This document shows, in pieces, positions 25,870 to 33,613 of a DNA stretch of 33,613 bases. A model generated the notes under the pieces. It ran no database searches. It saw only the letters and a program-made list of their open reading frames with translations, and was not told the DNA's origin. The stretch's first letter is position 1. Every line of letters begins with the position of its first letter. The DNA is from a virus (taxonomy: Duplodnaviria; Caudoviricetes), in IMG/VR virus record IMGVR_UViG_3300020045_000950, positions 1 to 33,613 of that record; one strand, written 5' to 3'. The translations under genes and the position numbers were made by a program.

Positions 25870-26787
25870 TCACATCTCCTGGACTGTGTTGGTGTAGCGC
25901 GACAAGAGCCTGGGCTTGCGGTGCTGCTCGTCGAGGATCATGGGGACTGCGTGCCGCCATGAGATCTGGTGGTGGATGCGTTTGTCGTTGTTGCCCATCT
26001 CTGTGATGCTGACGCATGAGGGAGCGTACAACACGCTGTAAAAACTCTTGACGTAGGTTCCGAGGTCGAGGTAGATCTCTGTGAGGCCGCCAGAGTTGGT
26101 CTGGGTTTCTTTCTGGTAGAGGCGAAGCCTGGGAACGGTGACAAAGAGATGGCCACGGCGACCCCATTCGACGTACATGTTGACGTCCTCGTTGATGCGT
26201 CCCATGAACTTGACGGGCCGGTCGACTCTGAACAAAAAGGAGTTCATGACCTTCCGGCTGAATTTGCCCTTCTTGATGTGCTTGACAAAAGTGCCTTCAC
26301 CGCCACCGATGAAGTCGCCGCCCTGGGACATGGCCACGGAGTGAGCGCCGGATTCGTCCATGAAGTCGCAGAGGGCAAAGAGCAGGTCATCGAGCTTCTT
26401 AGTGTAGGCGTCTTTGGTGATGTATTCGTCGCTGTTGTCGGTGGTGTAGGCGAAGGCGCTGTAATCGTCATCGAGCTGCCAGAAGTGCGTGAGCCCGAGA
26501 TCGGCCGCGATTTTGAAGTTCTGATTGCGAGCGTAGACGACGCTGTTGCGCTTCTTGAGGTTGTCGCCGCTGTCGGTGTTGTCGATGGCCTCTTGCTTGT
26601 TGAAGACGATCACCGAATCCAGGCCGTAGAGCGCCAGGTATTGCTTGATCTGCTTGTCCTCGTCATCGCAGACGAGGTAGATCTCGCCGGTGTAGCCGTG
26701 TTTGCGCAAGGCTTCATAGGTGTAGACGCAGTTCGCCCTTCCGTGGGTGAGGATAAAAACTGCGAAGCGCCGTTCCTCTGTGGTCAT
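25870..26787 (-). CDS. GT-A fold DNA glycosyltransferase, GREB1/TET-associated (TAGT)-like
   Basis: FILTHGR, YARN, WQLDDD (DxD), QGGDFIGG, RKVMNSF, GRINEDV, TQTNSGG, YVKSFY motifs. Confidence 0.8.
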   Translation of the reverse strand: MTTEERRFAVFILTHGRANCVYTYEALRKHGYTGEIYLVCDDEDKQIKQYLALYGLDSVIVFNKQEAIDNTDSGDNLKKRNSVVYARNQNFKIAADLGLTHFWQLDDDYSAFAYTTDNSDEYITKDAYTKKLDDLLFALCDFMDESGAHSVAMSQGGDFIGGGEGTFVKHIKKGKFSRKVMNSFLFRVDRPVKFMGRINEDVNMYVEWGRRGHLFVTVPRLRLYQKETQTNSGGLTEIYLDLGTYVKSFYSVLYAPSCVSITEMGNNDKRIHHQISWRHAVPMILDEQHRKPRLLSRYTNTVQEM

Positions 26788-27590
26788 TGGTCGCCGCCCT
26801 TCTCGCTGGCGTAGATCTTGCCCATGGCCTGGGAGAGCTTGACGTAGCCGCCCGAGATGGCTTTGTCGAAGTCGATGATGACCAGGGCGCTGTCCTCCAT
26901 GAGCTGCTGCGTGTCTGGGTCTGCGTGGGCGTAGAACTCTGCAATCTGTTCGAAGTCGAAACGGATGTGCCGGGTGGCCGCGAGAAGCAAAAACTCTTTG
27001 ACCTCTGGCGCCAGGTCGTTGTTTTGGTGGATCTGGGCTGTCAGCTGGGTGTACTTGGCCGGATCGTAGAGCGCTGCTGTGGGTGGGCAGTCGCCGGTGG
27101 GTTGGTAGATGGGGGCGTCGATCTTCTTGGTGTACTTGCTGGTGTCAGCGCCATCGTCGTCTGGGTCTTTGGGCATGAGGGCTGCGATTTCGTCTTTGCT
27201 GAAACCGATCAGCTCCATGCCGAAGCCAAGGCCTTGCAACTCTGTGAGCTCGAGCGCCAGCATTTGCTCATCCCATCCTGCGTTCATAGCCAGTTTGTTG
27301 TCGGCTATGACGTAGGCGCGTTTCTTGGCATCGCTCCAGCCTTTGGCCACCATGACAGGGACTTCGGTCATTTTGAGGCGTTGGGCTGCGAGGGTGCGAC
27401 CGTGGCCGGCAATGATGCTGCCGTCCTCATCCACCAGGACTGGTGTTGTCCAGCCCCATTCTTTGATACTGGCTGCCAGCTGGCTGATCTGTTCGTCGGA
27501 GTGGGTGCGGCTGTTGCGTGCGTAGGGCACCAGTTTGGTGATGTCCCAACGCTCAACCTGGTCTGCGGGATTGTGTGATTTTGTGGTCAT
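26784..27590 (-). CDS. ParB/Srx N-terminal domain fused to a helical domain
   Basis: LVPYARNSRTH...SIKEWGWTTPVLVD...IIAGHGR...IADNKL, followed by YTKKIDAPIY...AATRH...IAEFYAHA...LMEDSALVIIDFDKAI. Confidence 0.85.
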   Translation of the reverse strand: MTTKSHNPADQVERWDITKLVPYARNSRTHSDEQISQLAASIKEWGWTTPVLVDEDGSIIAGHGRTLAAQRLKMTEVPVMVAKGWSDAKKRAYVIADNKLAMNAGWDEQMLALELTELQGLGFGMELIGFSKDEIAALMPKDPDDDGADTSKYTKKIDAPIYQPTGDCPPTAALYDPAKYTQLTAQIHQNNDLAPEVKEFLLLAATRHIRFDFEQIAEFYAHADPDTQQLMEDSALVIIDFDKAISGGYVKLSQAMGKIYASEKGGDQ

Positions 27591-27877
27591 GCTGCATTGT
27601 CCTCTTTTTCAAGTCGATTTGCCACCAGCTGGGCATAGCCTGCGATGTCGATCCAGTTGTCGGCATAGTTTGGATCGCCGTTCAGAATTCGTGCGATTTT
27701 GTGGGAGATCATTCCAAGGGCTTCGCGCTGGTCTGGATCGAGATCACATCCGCGCTTGGCTTCGTATTTCAGAATCACACCTTTGAGGTGCTGGCTGATC
27801 TCGGCATGGCCTTCAAAGCTGCCATATCTGGCTTCTCTGCCTGCCAGCATTTCATTGACGTTGGTCTGTTCTGTCAT
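27587..27877 (-). CDS. DUF6378-like small helical protein (possible nucleotide pyrophosphatase fold)
   Basis: REARYGSF...KIARILNGDPNYADNWIDIAGYA. Confidence 0.75.
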   Translation of the reverse strand: MTEQTNVNEMLAGREARYGSFEGHAEISQHLKGVILKYEAKRGCDLDPDQREALGMISHKIARILNGDPNYADNWIDIAGYAQLVANRLEKEDNAA

Positions 27878-27933
27878 GTTAGTACCTGCTCACTTTCTTG
27901 TGGATAACTTTGCCTTTTTTCGCCGCATCCCGG

Positions 27934-28046
27934 TTGCCCCTTTCCCCTTCCCTATAGGGGGAAGGGGAGGGGAGGGGCAGATTTCCGGGCTTTTGCCCCT
28001 TTTGCCCCTTTTGCCCCGAGGGGCAGTTAGGGGAATTAGGGGCAAG
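27934..28046. repeat. Putative replication origin: nested direct and inverted C4/G4 repeats
   Basis: TTTTGCCCC x3 (27991-28017) facing GGGG tracts at 28020, 28030 and 28039; palindrome centred on CCCTATAGGG (27950-27959); directly downstream of the primase-helicase gene. Confidence 0.7.
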
Positions 28047-30087
28047 ATTTCCCCCCATTTTTCTGCATCATCATGGCACTGACTTGGGCCTCATTGATGA
28101 AGATCCAGCCATGTTCGTAGGACTCCAAAACGCCTGCGTTAAGCATCTCCAGGATCAATCCGCCAGCTCTTGAGGCCTCGGTTTTATTTCTGGCTGTGCG
28201 TTCTGTGTAGCCGTTTTTGATCAGGAAGTTTTGCAGCCCTGATCGGCTTATGTAGGGTAAACCATTACGCATTTCGGTCGCGCTGTCCCACCATGATCGC
28301 TCAAGGGTGCGCATGGTCTCGTCATGCTTTGTGGGTTTTTTGTGGGGATTTGTGGCTAATGCTTCGTCGTCTGGGATGGCCACGCAAGTGGTTGCAGCGC
28401 CGCCGAACTTGGTTGTGCCCATCTCGATGATCTCCAGCTTGAAGTAAATCGTGTCGCCTTTGCTGGGCAGTTCGCGCTGTTTGGTGACCGTGACTGAGCG
28501 TGTGCCTTCTTTCTCTGTGACCTCGATCTCTGTGTCGATGTGGGCCCGGATGCCTGACCAGCCCCGTGCGCCTTTGGCTGCGTCTTTGCCGTTGTGGTGG
28601 ATGATCATGAGGGCGGCGCCTGTGGCCGTGGCCACCTGGTCGAATCTGGCCATGACTGGACCCATGTCCTCGCCGCTGTTCTCGTTGGCCCCTGCGCTCA
28701 TTCTGGCCAAGGTGTCGCCGATGATGAGGCGCACGCGCTGGCCTTTGATCTGCTCGATGGCCCTGACCAGCTCGATGACGTCATGGGCATCTTGGTCGCC
28801 GTTGTAGAAGTTCATGGGCACTGGGACCATGGCCAAGTTCTCCAGATCACAGCCGTGGTACTTTTTGATCGCCTGCATCCTGGATCGAATGCTGCCTGGG
28901 GCTTCGCTGGCCAGGTAGACCACCAGGCCTGGATCTGTCTTGCGACCGTAGCAGTCTGAGCCTGCGGCGATGGCCGTGGCCACTGAGAGTGCCCAGAATG
29001 TCTTGCCTGAGTTGCTGTCCCCGTAAACCACCACCGAGCTGCCGATGGTCATGAGGCCTTCGACCAGTTCATCTGGGGCTTCGTAATCGCTGCCCAGCTG
29101 GTCTCCGAATACGACCTTGAGCTTGTCGATCACTGCTGTTCCGGTTTGCTGAATCAAAAGCGCTGCAAGGTTGTGGCCTGCCTGCGCATAGTCGTTGGCG
29201 TCCATGCCCTCGATGGGTGGGATGACGACTCTGGCCCCGTATTTTGCGCTGGCCTGGTCTGCGTAGCGCTGGCCAACGCCGTGTTTGTCATGGTCTGCCA
29301 CGATAACGATGTCCTGATTTTCACCGTACATCTCGCGCAGGCTGGCTGTGACTGGCACTAGGCTGCTGGCGCTGTAGGCCACGATGCAAGGGCGGCTGGT
29401 GGTTTCGTAGATTGTCGCAGCTGTAGCGAATCCCTCGGCCACGAATAAGGTGCCAGGCTCATCCAGTGAGCCTACCATCCAAAACTTGCCGCCTGATTTT
29501 CCGCCTGGGTGGTAGAGCTTGCCGCCATCCTCGTCAATGTATTGCAGGGTGCTGAGTGTGCCGTCTTGGTCATAAAGCGGAACCATCAAGCGCCCGTCCC
29601 CGGTGGTGCGCACGCCATGTGTCTGGATGCCTTTGCGTTTGAGGTAGGGATGATCTGGGTGAGCTGCAACACCACTGAGCCAGATCTTTTCGACTGTCTC
29701 GCTGGCGACTTGGTGCTGGCGCTCCTGTGCTGCTTCGCGCAAGACCTTGGACTCATTGATGCGCCTTGCGTGGGCCATCTCTTCAAACTCTGTGAGCTTG
29801 CGGCCAACGTCTGCACGCCATGTGACTTCCATGCCCATGCGCCAGCAACCGAACCGGCCGGCAGGGATGCCATCCCCAAAAACCAGATACCAGCCCGGCT
29901 TGTCGATGCCTGGCGTGCCCTTGGTTCCTGACTTGAAGCGGTGGATCTTGCCATCCATCAGGATCTCGTCTGGTGGTTCTAGGCCTGCTGCACGCATTGC
30001 ATCAATGAGCTGTGCTTCTGGTGGTGCGACCAGTTTCTCTGGTGGCGGAGCCCATGGGCCGCCGAGGACTTTGGAGAGGTCAGCCAT
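28036..30087 (-). CDS. Primase-helicase (Toprim + RepA/AAA_25 helicase)
   Basis: HPYLKRKGI, VAEGFATA, VADHD, DAND (Toprim); Walker A GDSNSGKT, Walker B LIIGD, IIHHNGKD...ARGWS. Confidence 0.92.
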   Translation of the reverse strand: MADLSKVLGGPWAPPPEKLVAPPEAQLIDAMRAAGLEPPDEILMDGKIHRFKSGTKGTPGIDKPGWYLVFGDGIPAGRFGCWRMGMEVTWRADVGRKLTEFEEMAHARRINESKVLREAAQERQHQVASETVEKIWLSGVAAHPDHPYLKRKGIQTHGVRTTGDGRLMVPLYDQDGTLSTLQYIDEDGGKLYHPGGKSGGKFWMVGSLDEPGTLFVAEGFATAATIYETTSRPCIVAYSASSLVPVTASLREMYGENQDIVIVADHDKHGVGQRYADQASAKYGARVVIPPIEGMDANDYAQAGHNLAALLIQQTGTAVIDKLKVVFGDQLGSDYEAPDELVEGLMTIGSSVVVYGDSNSGKTFWALSVATAIAAGSDCYGRKTDPGLVVYLASEAPGSIRSRMQAIKKYHGCDLENLAMVPVPMNFYNGDQDAHDVIELVRAIEQIKGQRVRLIIGDTLARMSAGANENSGEDMGPVMARFDQVATATGAALMIIHHNGKDAAKGARGWSGIRAHIDTEIEVTEKEGTRSVTVTKQRELPSKGDTIYFKLEIIEMGTTKFGGAATTCVAIPDDEALATNPHKKPTKHDETMRTLERSWWDSATEMRNGLPYISRSGLQNFLIKNGYTERTARNKTEASRAGGLILEMLNAGVLESYEHGWIFINEAQVSAMMMQKNGGKSCP

Positions 30088-30262
30088 GCGTCACCGCCTG
30101 CGTGTCCGCCTTGAGTTTGCCGCCTGTTTTGACCTCCAGCTCATATTGCCTGCCCATTGGGGGAGTGTCGCCCCATTGGTAGATCACCTGCGGCCAAACG
30201 TCCAAGGCCTCGGCCAACTTTCGAAGGCTGCCGTAATGGTCAATTGCTTCCTGCGTCTTCAT
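30080..30262 (-). CDS. Cro-like HTH regulator
   Basis: MKTQEAIDHYGSLRKLAEALDVWPQVIYQWGDTPPMGRQYELEVKTGGKLKA resembles P22/N15 Cro. Confidence 0.85.
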   Translation of the reverse strand: MKTQEAIDHYGSLRKLAEALDVWPQVIYQWGDTPPMGRQYELEVKTGGKLKADTQAVTHG

Positions 30263-30271
30263 GTTTTCCAC

Positions 30272-30325
30272 CTTTGTTGAAAAAATATGTTGACATGATA
30301 GCTTGAAATTGTGTTAAAGTCTAGG
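30272..30325. promoter_or_regulatory. Overlapping divergent promoters
   Basis: Minus: TAGACT(30323-30318)-17-TATCAT(30300-30295). Plus: TTGACA 30290-30295 and TG-t-TAAAGT 30312-30320 (19-nt spacing, so probably extended -10). Confidence 0.65.
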
Positions 30326-30381
30326 CACACCACAAACAGATTCCCTGACAGTGGTGCAAACAAAGAAAAGGAGAGCCAATC

Positions 30382-31059
30382 ATGGCGATCAATTTGAAGA
30401 CGACCGGAGGCTTGACAGCCAATGGTGTGAAGTTGTTGGTTTATGGGCAGGCTGGCGCTGGCAAGACAACGCTGGTCAAGACTTTGCCGAATGTGGTGGT
30501 GCTGAGTGCTGAGGGTGGTTTGCTGTCGATCCAAGACGCTGATCTGCCCTACATTGAGATCGCCAGCATGGATGATCTGCGCGAGGCTTATTCCTGGCTG
30601 ACTTCCAGCGAAGAAGCTGGCGGCTTTCAGTCGGTTGCCTTGGACTCGATTAGCGAGATTGCGGAAGTCTGCCTGAACACTGAGAAGAAGGCGAACAAAG
30701 ATCCTCGGGCCGCCTACGGTGCGATGCAAGAGCAGATGGCTGACATCATTCGCGCCTTCCGCGACCTGCCTGGCAAGCATGTCTACATGAGCGCCAAGCT
30801 GGAAAAGACGCAGGACGAGATGGGCCGGGTGCTGTATTCGCCTTCGATGCCTGGGAACAAGACTGGCCAAGCGCTGCCGTATTTCTTTGATGAAGTGCTG
30901 GCGCTGCGGGTCGAGCGCGATGCTGAGGGTGTGACGCAACGCGCCCTGATGTGCGACTCTGATGGCCTGTGGCTGGCCAAGGATCGCTCGGGCAAGTTGT
31001 CTGGATGGGAAGCCCCAGACCTGGGCGCGATTATTGCCAAGATCGGGGGCAAAGCATGA
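30382..31059 (+). CDS. Sak4-like AAA_24 ssDNA-annealing ATPase
   Basis: LLVYGQAGAGKT, LSAEGG, VALDSISE, LAKDRSG; AAGGAG RBS. Confidence 0.85.
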   Translation: MAINLKTTGGLTANGVKLLVYGQAGAGKTTLVKTLPNVVVLSAEGGLLSIQDADLPYIEIASMDDLREAYSWLTSSEEAGGFQSVALDSISEIAEVCLNTEKKANKDPRAAYGAMQEQMADIIRAFRDLPGKHVYMSAKLEKTQDEMGRVLYSPSMPGNKTGQALPYFFDEVLALRVERDAEGVTQRALMCDSDGLWLAKDRSGKLSGWEAPDLGAIIAKIGGKA

Positions 31060-31523
31060 AAGTGACTAAGTACGAAAGAGAAGCCATCATTCGTTCAATC
31101 ATGCATGACGTGCCTTGCACGCCAGACAACTTGCTCAGGATGGAGATTCAAAAAGCGTTTGTGGCTGCCATGAGTGCGCCCATTCAAAAGCTGTACAAGA
31201 CACACCCAAAGGCACTGCGCACTGAGAGTGTTCCAAGCTGGGAGTCGGGTATGGGTTACAGAGTGGACTTTGTTGTTGGCGATGCAGATGTCAAAGAAGC
31301 CATGAAACCTTTTGTGGCCAAGAAAAAAGAACGCGACGATGCACACGCCAAGCTGAGCGCGATTGTGAACGGATGCACCACGCTGGCGCAACTCAAGAAG
31401 CTGCTGCCCGAGTTCATCTCGTACTTCCCATCCGAGGCTGAGCCCACAAAGAACTTGCCTGCTGTGGCCAACATGGTTGCAGACCTGAGCAAACTCGGCT
31501 GGCCGAAAGGTGGTGCAGCATGA
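31056..31523 (+). CDS. Nmad5-like (nucleotide-modification-associated domain 5) protein
   Basis: ATGA-coupled; REAIIRSIM...CTTLAQLKKLLPEFISYFP...NLPAV C-terminal pattern. Confidence 0.65.
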   Translation: MKVTKYEREAIIRSIMHDVPCTPDNLLRMEIQKAFVAAMSAPIQKLYKTHPKALRTESVPSWESGMGYRVDFVVGDADVKEAMKPFVAKKKERDDAHAKLSAIVNGCTTLAQLKKLLPEFISYFPSEAEPTKNLPAVANMVADLSKLGWPKGGAA

Positions 31524-31912
31524 TGCAGCCTGACCTGAAACAACTGTCGCGCCAGTGGTTGCAACACAAGGCCGACGAGGAGAAGGCAACTGGTGAGCGC
31601 CGCAAGGTCGAGGACCAGATTGTCAAGCTGTTGGCTGTGGCCGAGAACTTCGAGGGCACTGAGACTGCGGAGCCCGAGGGCTTTGTGGTGAAGATCTCTG
31701 GCCGCATTGACCGCAAGGTCGATGGCGACAAGGTGCAGGAGCTGGCCGCCGAGTTTGGTTTGACAGACCACTTGGCCAAGCTGTTCCGCTGGAAGCCCGA
31801 ACTGAATATGGCGATCTGGAAAGCGACAGACGCAACGATCACTGGGCCGTTGGCCGGTGCAATTACGGCCAAGCCTGGCCGCCCATCTTTCAAAATCATT
31901 CCCAAGGAGTAA
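31520..31912 (+). CDS. Hypothetical protein of the recombination operon
   Basis: ATGA-coupled; LFRWKPEL...AITAKPGRPSF. Confidence 0.75.
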   Translation: MMQPDLKQLSRQWLQHKADEEKATGERRKVEDQIVKLLAVAENFEGTETAEPEGFVVKISGRIDRKVDGDKVQELAAEFGLTDHLAKLFRWKPELNMAIWKATDATITGPLAGAITAKPGRPSFKIIPKE

Positions 31913-31917
31913 ATATC

Positions 31918-32427
31918 ATGGCATTTCTCAACGAAGCATTTGACGTCAACGAACTGCCCCAGGGCAATGGCGGCGGTGACTTTTCACCCCTGCCAGCTGG
32001 TTGGTACACGGTGACGATAACGCAGGCCGAGCTGAAAGACACCAAGGCAGGCAATGGCCAGTACATCAAGCTGCGCTACGACGTGACTGGCCCGACCCAC
32101 CAGGGCCGTGTGGTGTTTGGAAACCTGAACATCAAAAACCCTAACCAGAAGGCCGAGGAGATTGGCCGCCAGCAGCTGGGGGACATCATGCGTGCGATCG
32201 GCTTGGCCAAGGTGACGGACACCGACCAGTTGATTGGCAACAGCCTGTCGATCAAGCTGGATGTGAAGCAGGACGCGCAGTATGGCGCCAGCAACGAGGT
32301 GAAGGGCTTTAAGTCTATGTCTGGAAGTGCTGCACCAGCTGCCGCTGCTGTGCCGCCTTTTGTGAAGCAGGCCGAGGCTGCTCAGGCTGCCACTGCCAAG
32401 GCCGCGCCGCCTTGGGCCAAGAAGTAA
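31918..32427 (+). CDS. DUF669 single-stranded DNA-binding-like protein
   Basis: FSPLPAGWY...GQYIKLRY...GRVVFGNLN...NEVKGF, low-complexity tail ending PPWAKK. Confidence 0.85.
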   Translation: MAFLNEAFDVNELPQGNGGGDFSPLPAGWYTVTITQAELKDTKAGNGQYIKLRYDVTGPTHQGRVVFGNLNIKNPNQKAEEIGRQQLGDIMRAIGLAKVTDTDQLIGNSLSIKLDVKQDAQYGASNEVKGFKSMSGSAAPAAAAVPPFVKQAEAAQAATAKAAPPWAKK

Positions 32428-32430
32428 GCG

Positions 32431-32464
32431 AAAAAAAATGCCCAGGCTGGTGAAGGCCTGGGCA
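32431..32464 (-). terminator. Intrinsic-terminator-like hairpin with U-tract on the minus strand
   Basis: A8 followed by TGCCCAGGC...GCCTGGGCA. Confidence 0.6.
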
Positions 32465-32485
32465 AATTCTCAAAGGAGAGACAAC

Positions 32486-33514
32486 ATGAAGATTCCCGAG
32501 TCAGAGCATACCATCCAGGCCTTGATTGACAAGGCGCATGAGGCAAAGAAGGAGCTTCCGCGCCCTCACATGGGGGCCAGTGGGCTGGGCCACCCTTGCG
32601 ACCGTTGGCTGTGGTTGTCGTTTCGCTGGGCTGTGCTGCCTGAATTCCCTGGCCGCATCTTGCGATTGTTCCGCCGTGGCCAGAATGAGGAGGCCACGAT
32701 CATCAGCGACTTGCGTGCGATCGGCATGGATGTGCGCAAGGTGTCGAGCCAGCACCGTGTTGACTTTGGCAGCCATGTGTCTGGGAGCCTGGACGCGATC
32801 ATCGATGCTGGTGTGCCTGATGCGCCAAAGACCAAGCATGTGGCCGAGTTCAAGACACACTCCAAGAAGTCATTCGACGCACTGGTGAAAGATGGTGTGG
32901 AGAAGTCGAAGCCCGAGCATTTTGTGCAGATGCAGGTCTACATGGCCGGGACTGGTCTGGATCGTGCGCTGTACTTGGCCGTGTGCAAGGATGATGACCG
33001 GATTCACACCGAGCGTGTGAAGTTCGACAAGGATGTGGCGCTGCCTGCGATTGAGCGTGGCCAGCGCATTGCCCTGACTGACCGCATGCCCGAGCCGTTG
33101 AGTGCCGATGCGAGCTGGTATCAGTGCAAGTTCTGTGATGGCCACGACCAGTGCTTTGGGAGCAAGACCACGAAGCAAGTGAACTGCCGAACCTGCGCCA
33201 TGGCCACGCCGTTGTCAGACTCGACCTGGCACTGCGCGAAGTGGGACTCTGTGATCCCGCTGGATTCTCAGCGCACCGGCTGCGAGGGCCATGTCCTGCA
33301 CCCTGATCTGGTGCCGTGGAAGCGCAAAGACGGGCCGGACGAGTTTACTGCCGTCTACGAGATCAATGGCACGACTGTGGCCAATGGAGATCCTGAGATC
33401 GAGGGCGTGTTCAGTTCGCGTGAGCTGCTGGCCAATGCTGCTGCCTGCGCGGACAAGGGCTGGACGCAACTGCACGACATGCGCAAGCAGTTTGGTGGGA
33501 GGGTTGTCGCATGA
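32486..33514 (+). CDS. Cas4/RecB-like PD-(D/E)xK exonuclease
   Basis: AAAGGAG RBS, ATG 32486; GASGLGHPC, GSLD, AEFKT, QMQVYM, CKFC-x5-C, plus CRTC. Confidence 0.85.
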   Translation: MKIPESEHTIQALIDKAHEAKKELPRPHMGASGLGHPCDRWLWLSFRWAVLPEFPGRILRLFRRGQNEEATIISDLRAIGMDVRKVSSQHRVDFGSHVSGSLDAIIDAGVPDAPKTKHVAEFKTHSKKSFDALVKDGVEKSKPEHFVQMQVYMAGTGLDRALYLAVCKDDDRIHTERVKFDKDVALPAIERGQRIALTDRMPEPLSADASWYQCKFCDGHDQCFGSKTTKQVNCRTCAMATPLSDSTWHCAKWDSVIPLDSQRTGCEGHVLHPDLVPWKRKDGPDEFTAVYEINGTTVANGDPEIEGVFSSRELLANAAACADKGWTQLHDMRKQFGGRVVA

Positions 33515-33613
33515 ACATCGACAAATTCATCGACTGGTGGTTCACTGGTCGATGCCTAAAACATCCCGTGGTGGTAGCAGTGATTTTTTACTTGATCGGT
33601 TACGGGGTGGGGA
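33511..33613 (+). CDS. Small membrane protein, 3' truncated
   Basis: ATGA overlap; MNIDKFIDWWFTGRCLKHPVVVAVIFYLIGYGVG, open to the window end. Confidence 0.6.
   Translation, partial: MNIDKFIDWWFTGRCLKHPVVVAVIFYLIGYGVG

Noticed and set aside
25868-26167. Long N-terminal extension of TerS in the ORF track
   Set aside because: Overlaps the glycosyltransferase out of frame; AGGAG plus ATG at 25867 is the better start. The same reasoning applies to track starts at 699, 1901, 14598, 18459, 30969 and 32438.
26784-27590. Plasmid-prophage partition system
   Set aside because: No ParA and no ParB HTH; the domain is the terminase-associated ParB/Srx type.
27991-28017. Mini-CRISPR array
   Set aside because: 9-bp units without spacers.
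32486-33514. CRISPR-Cas locus suggested by the Cas4-like gene
   Set aside because: No repeat-spacer array or other cas genes; the context is a recombination operon.
1-33613. tRNA genes, attP site, alternative genetic code
   Set aside because: Intergenic gaps are short with no cloverleaf seen; no integrase; core genes are intact in the standard code.

Overview
Nearly the whole genome of a P22-like short-tailed dsDNA phage, probably infecting a betaproteobacterium (host is inference only). A divergent promoter region at about 30270-30380 splits two arms. The minus arm runs Cro-like regulator, Toprim-AAA primase/helicase, a repeat-rich putative origin, a DUF6378-like protein, a ParB fusion, a GREB1/TAGT-like glycosyltransferase, TerS, TerL, portal, scaffold, coat, gp4/gp10/gp26-like tail proteins, three ejection proteins, tailspike and fibre genes, and an unusually large lysis block ending in an M15 endolysin. 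The plus arm runs Sak4-like ATPase, Nmad5-like protein, DUF669 SSB-like protein and Cas4-like nuclease. If the genome is circular or permuted, this arm continues at the window start with a helicase C-terminus, VRR-NUC, an Arc-like protein, a MazG-like pyrophosphatase and small early genes. No integrase, CI repressor, DNA polymerase, tRNA or CRISPR array is visible. Best leads: (1) a T4 holin-T-like TM+GAF protein next to a second holin candidate, suggesting lysis-timing control; (2) a ParB-fusion/glycosyltransferase pair just before the terminase with no visible enzyme to make the modified-base acceptor; (3) a DDxxD isoprenoid-synthase-like gene coupled to an S74-fused ejection protein; (4) an H-type pseudoknot in the scaffold leader; (5) an origin-like array with G-quadruplex potential. 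All family calls are by-eye motif and synteny recognition; no searches were run.
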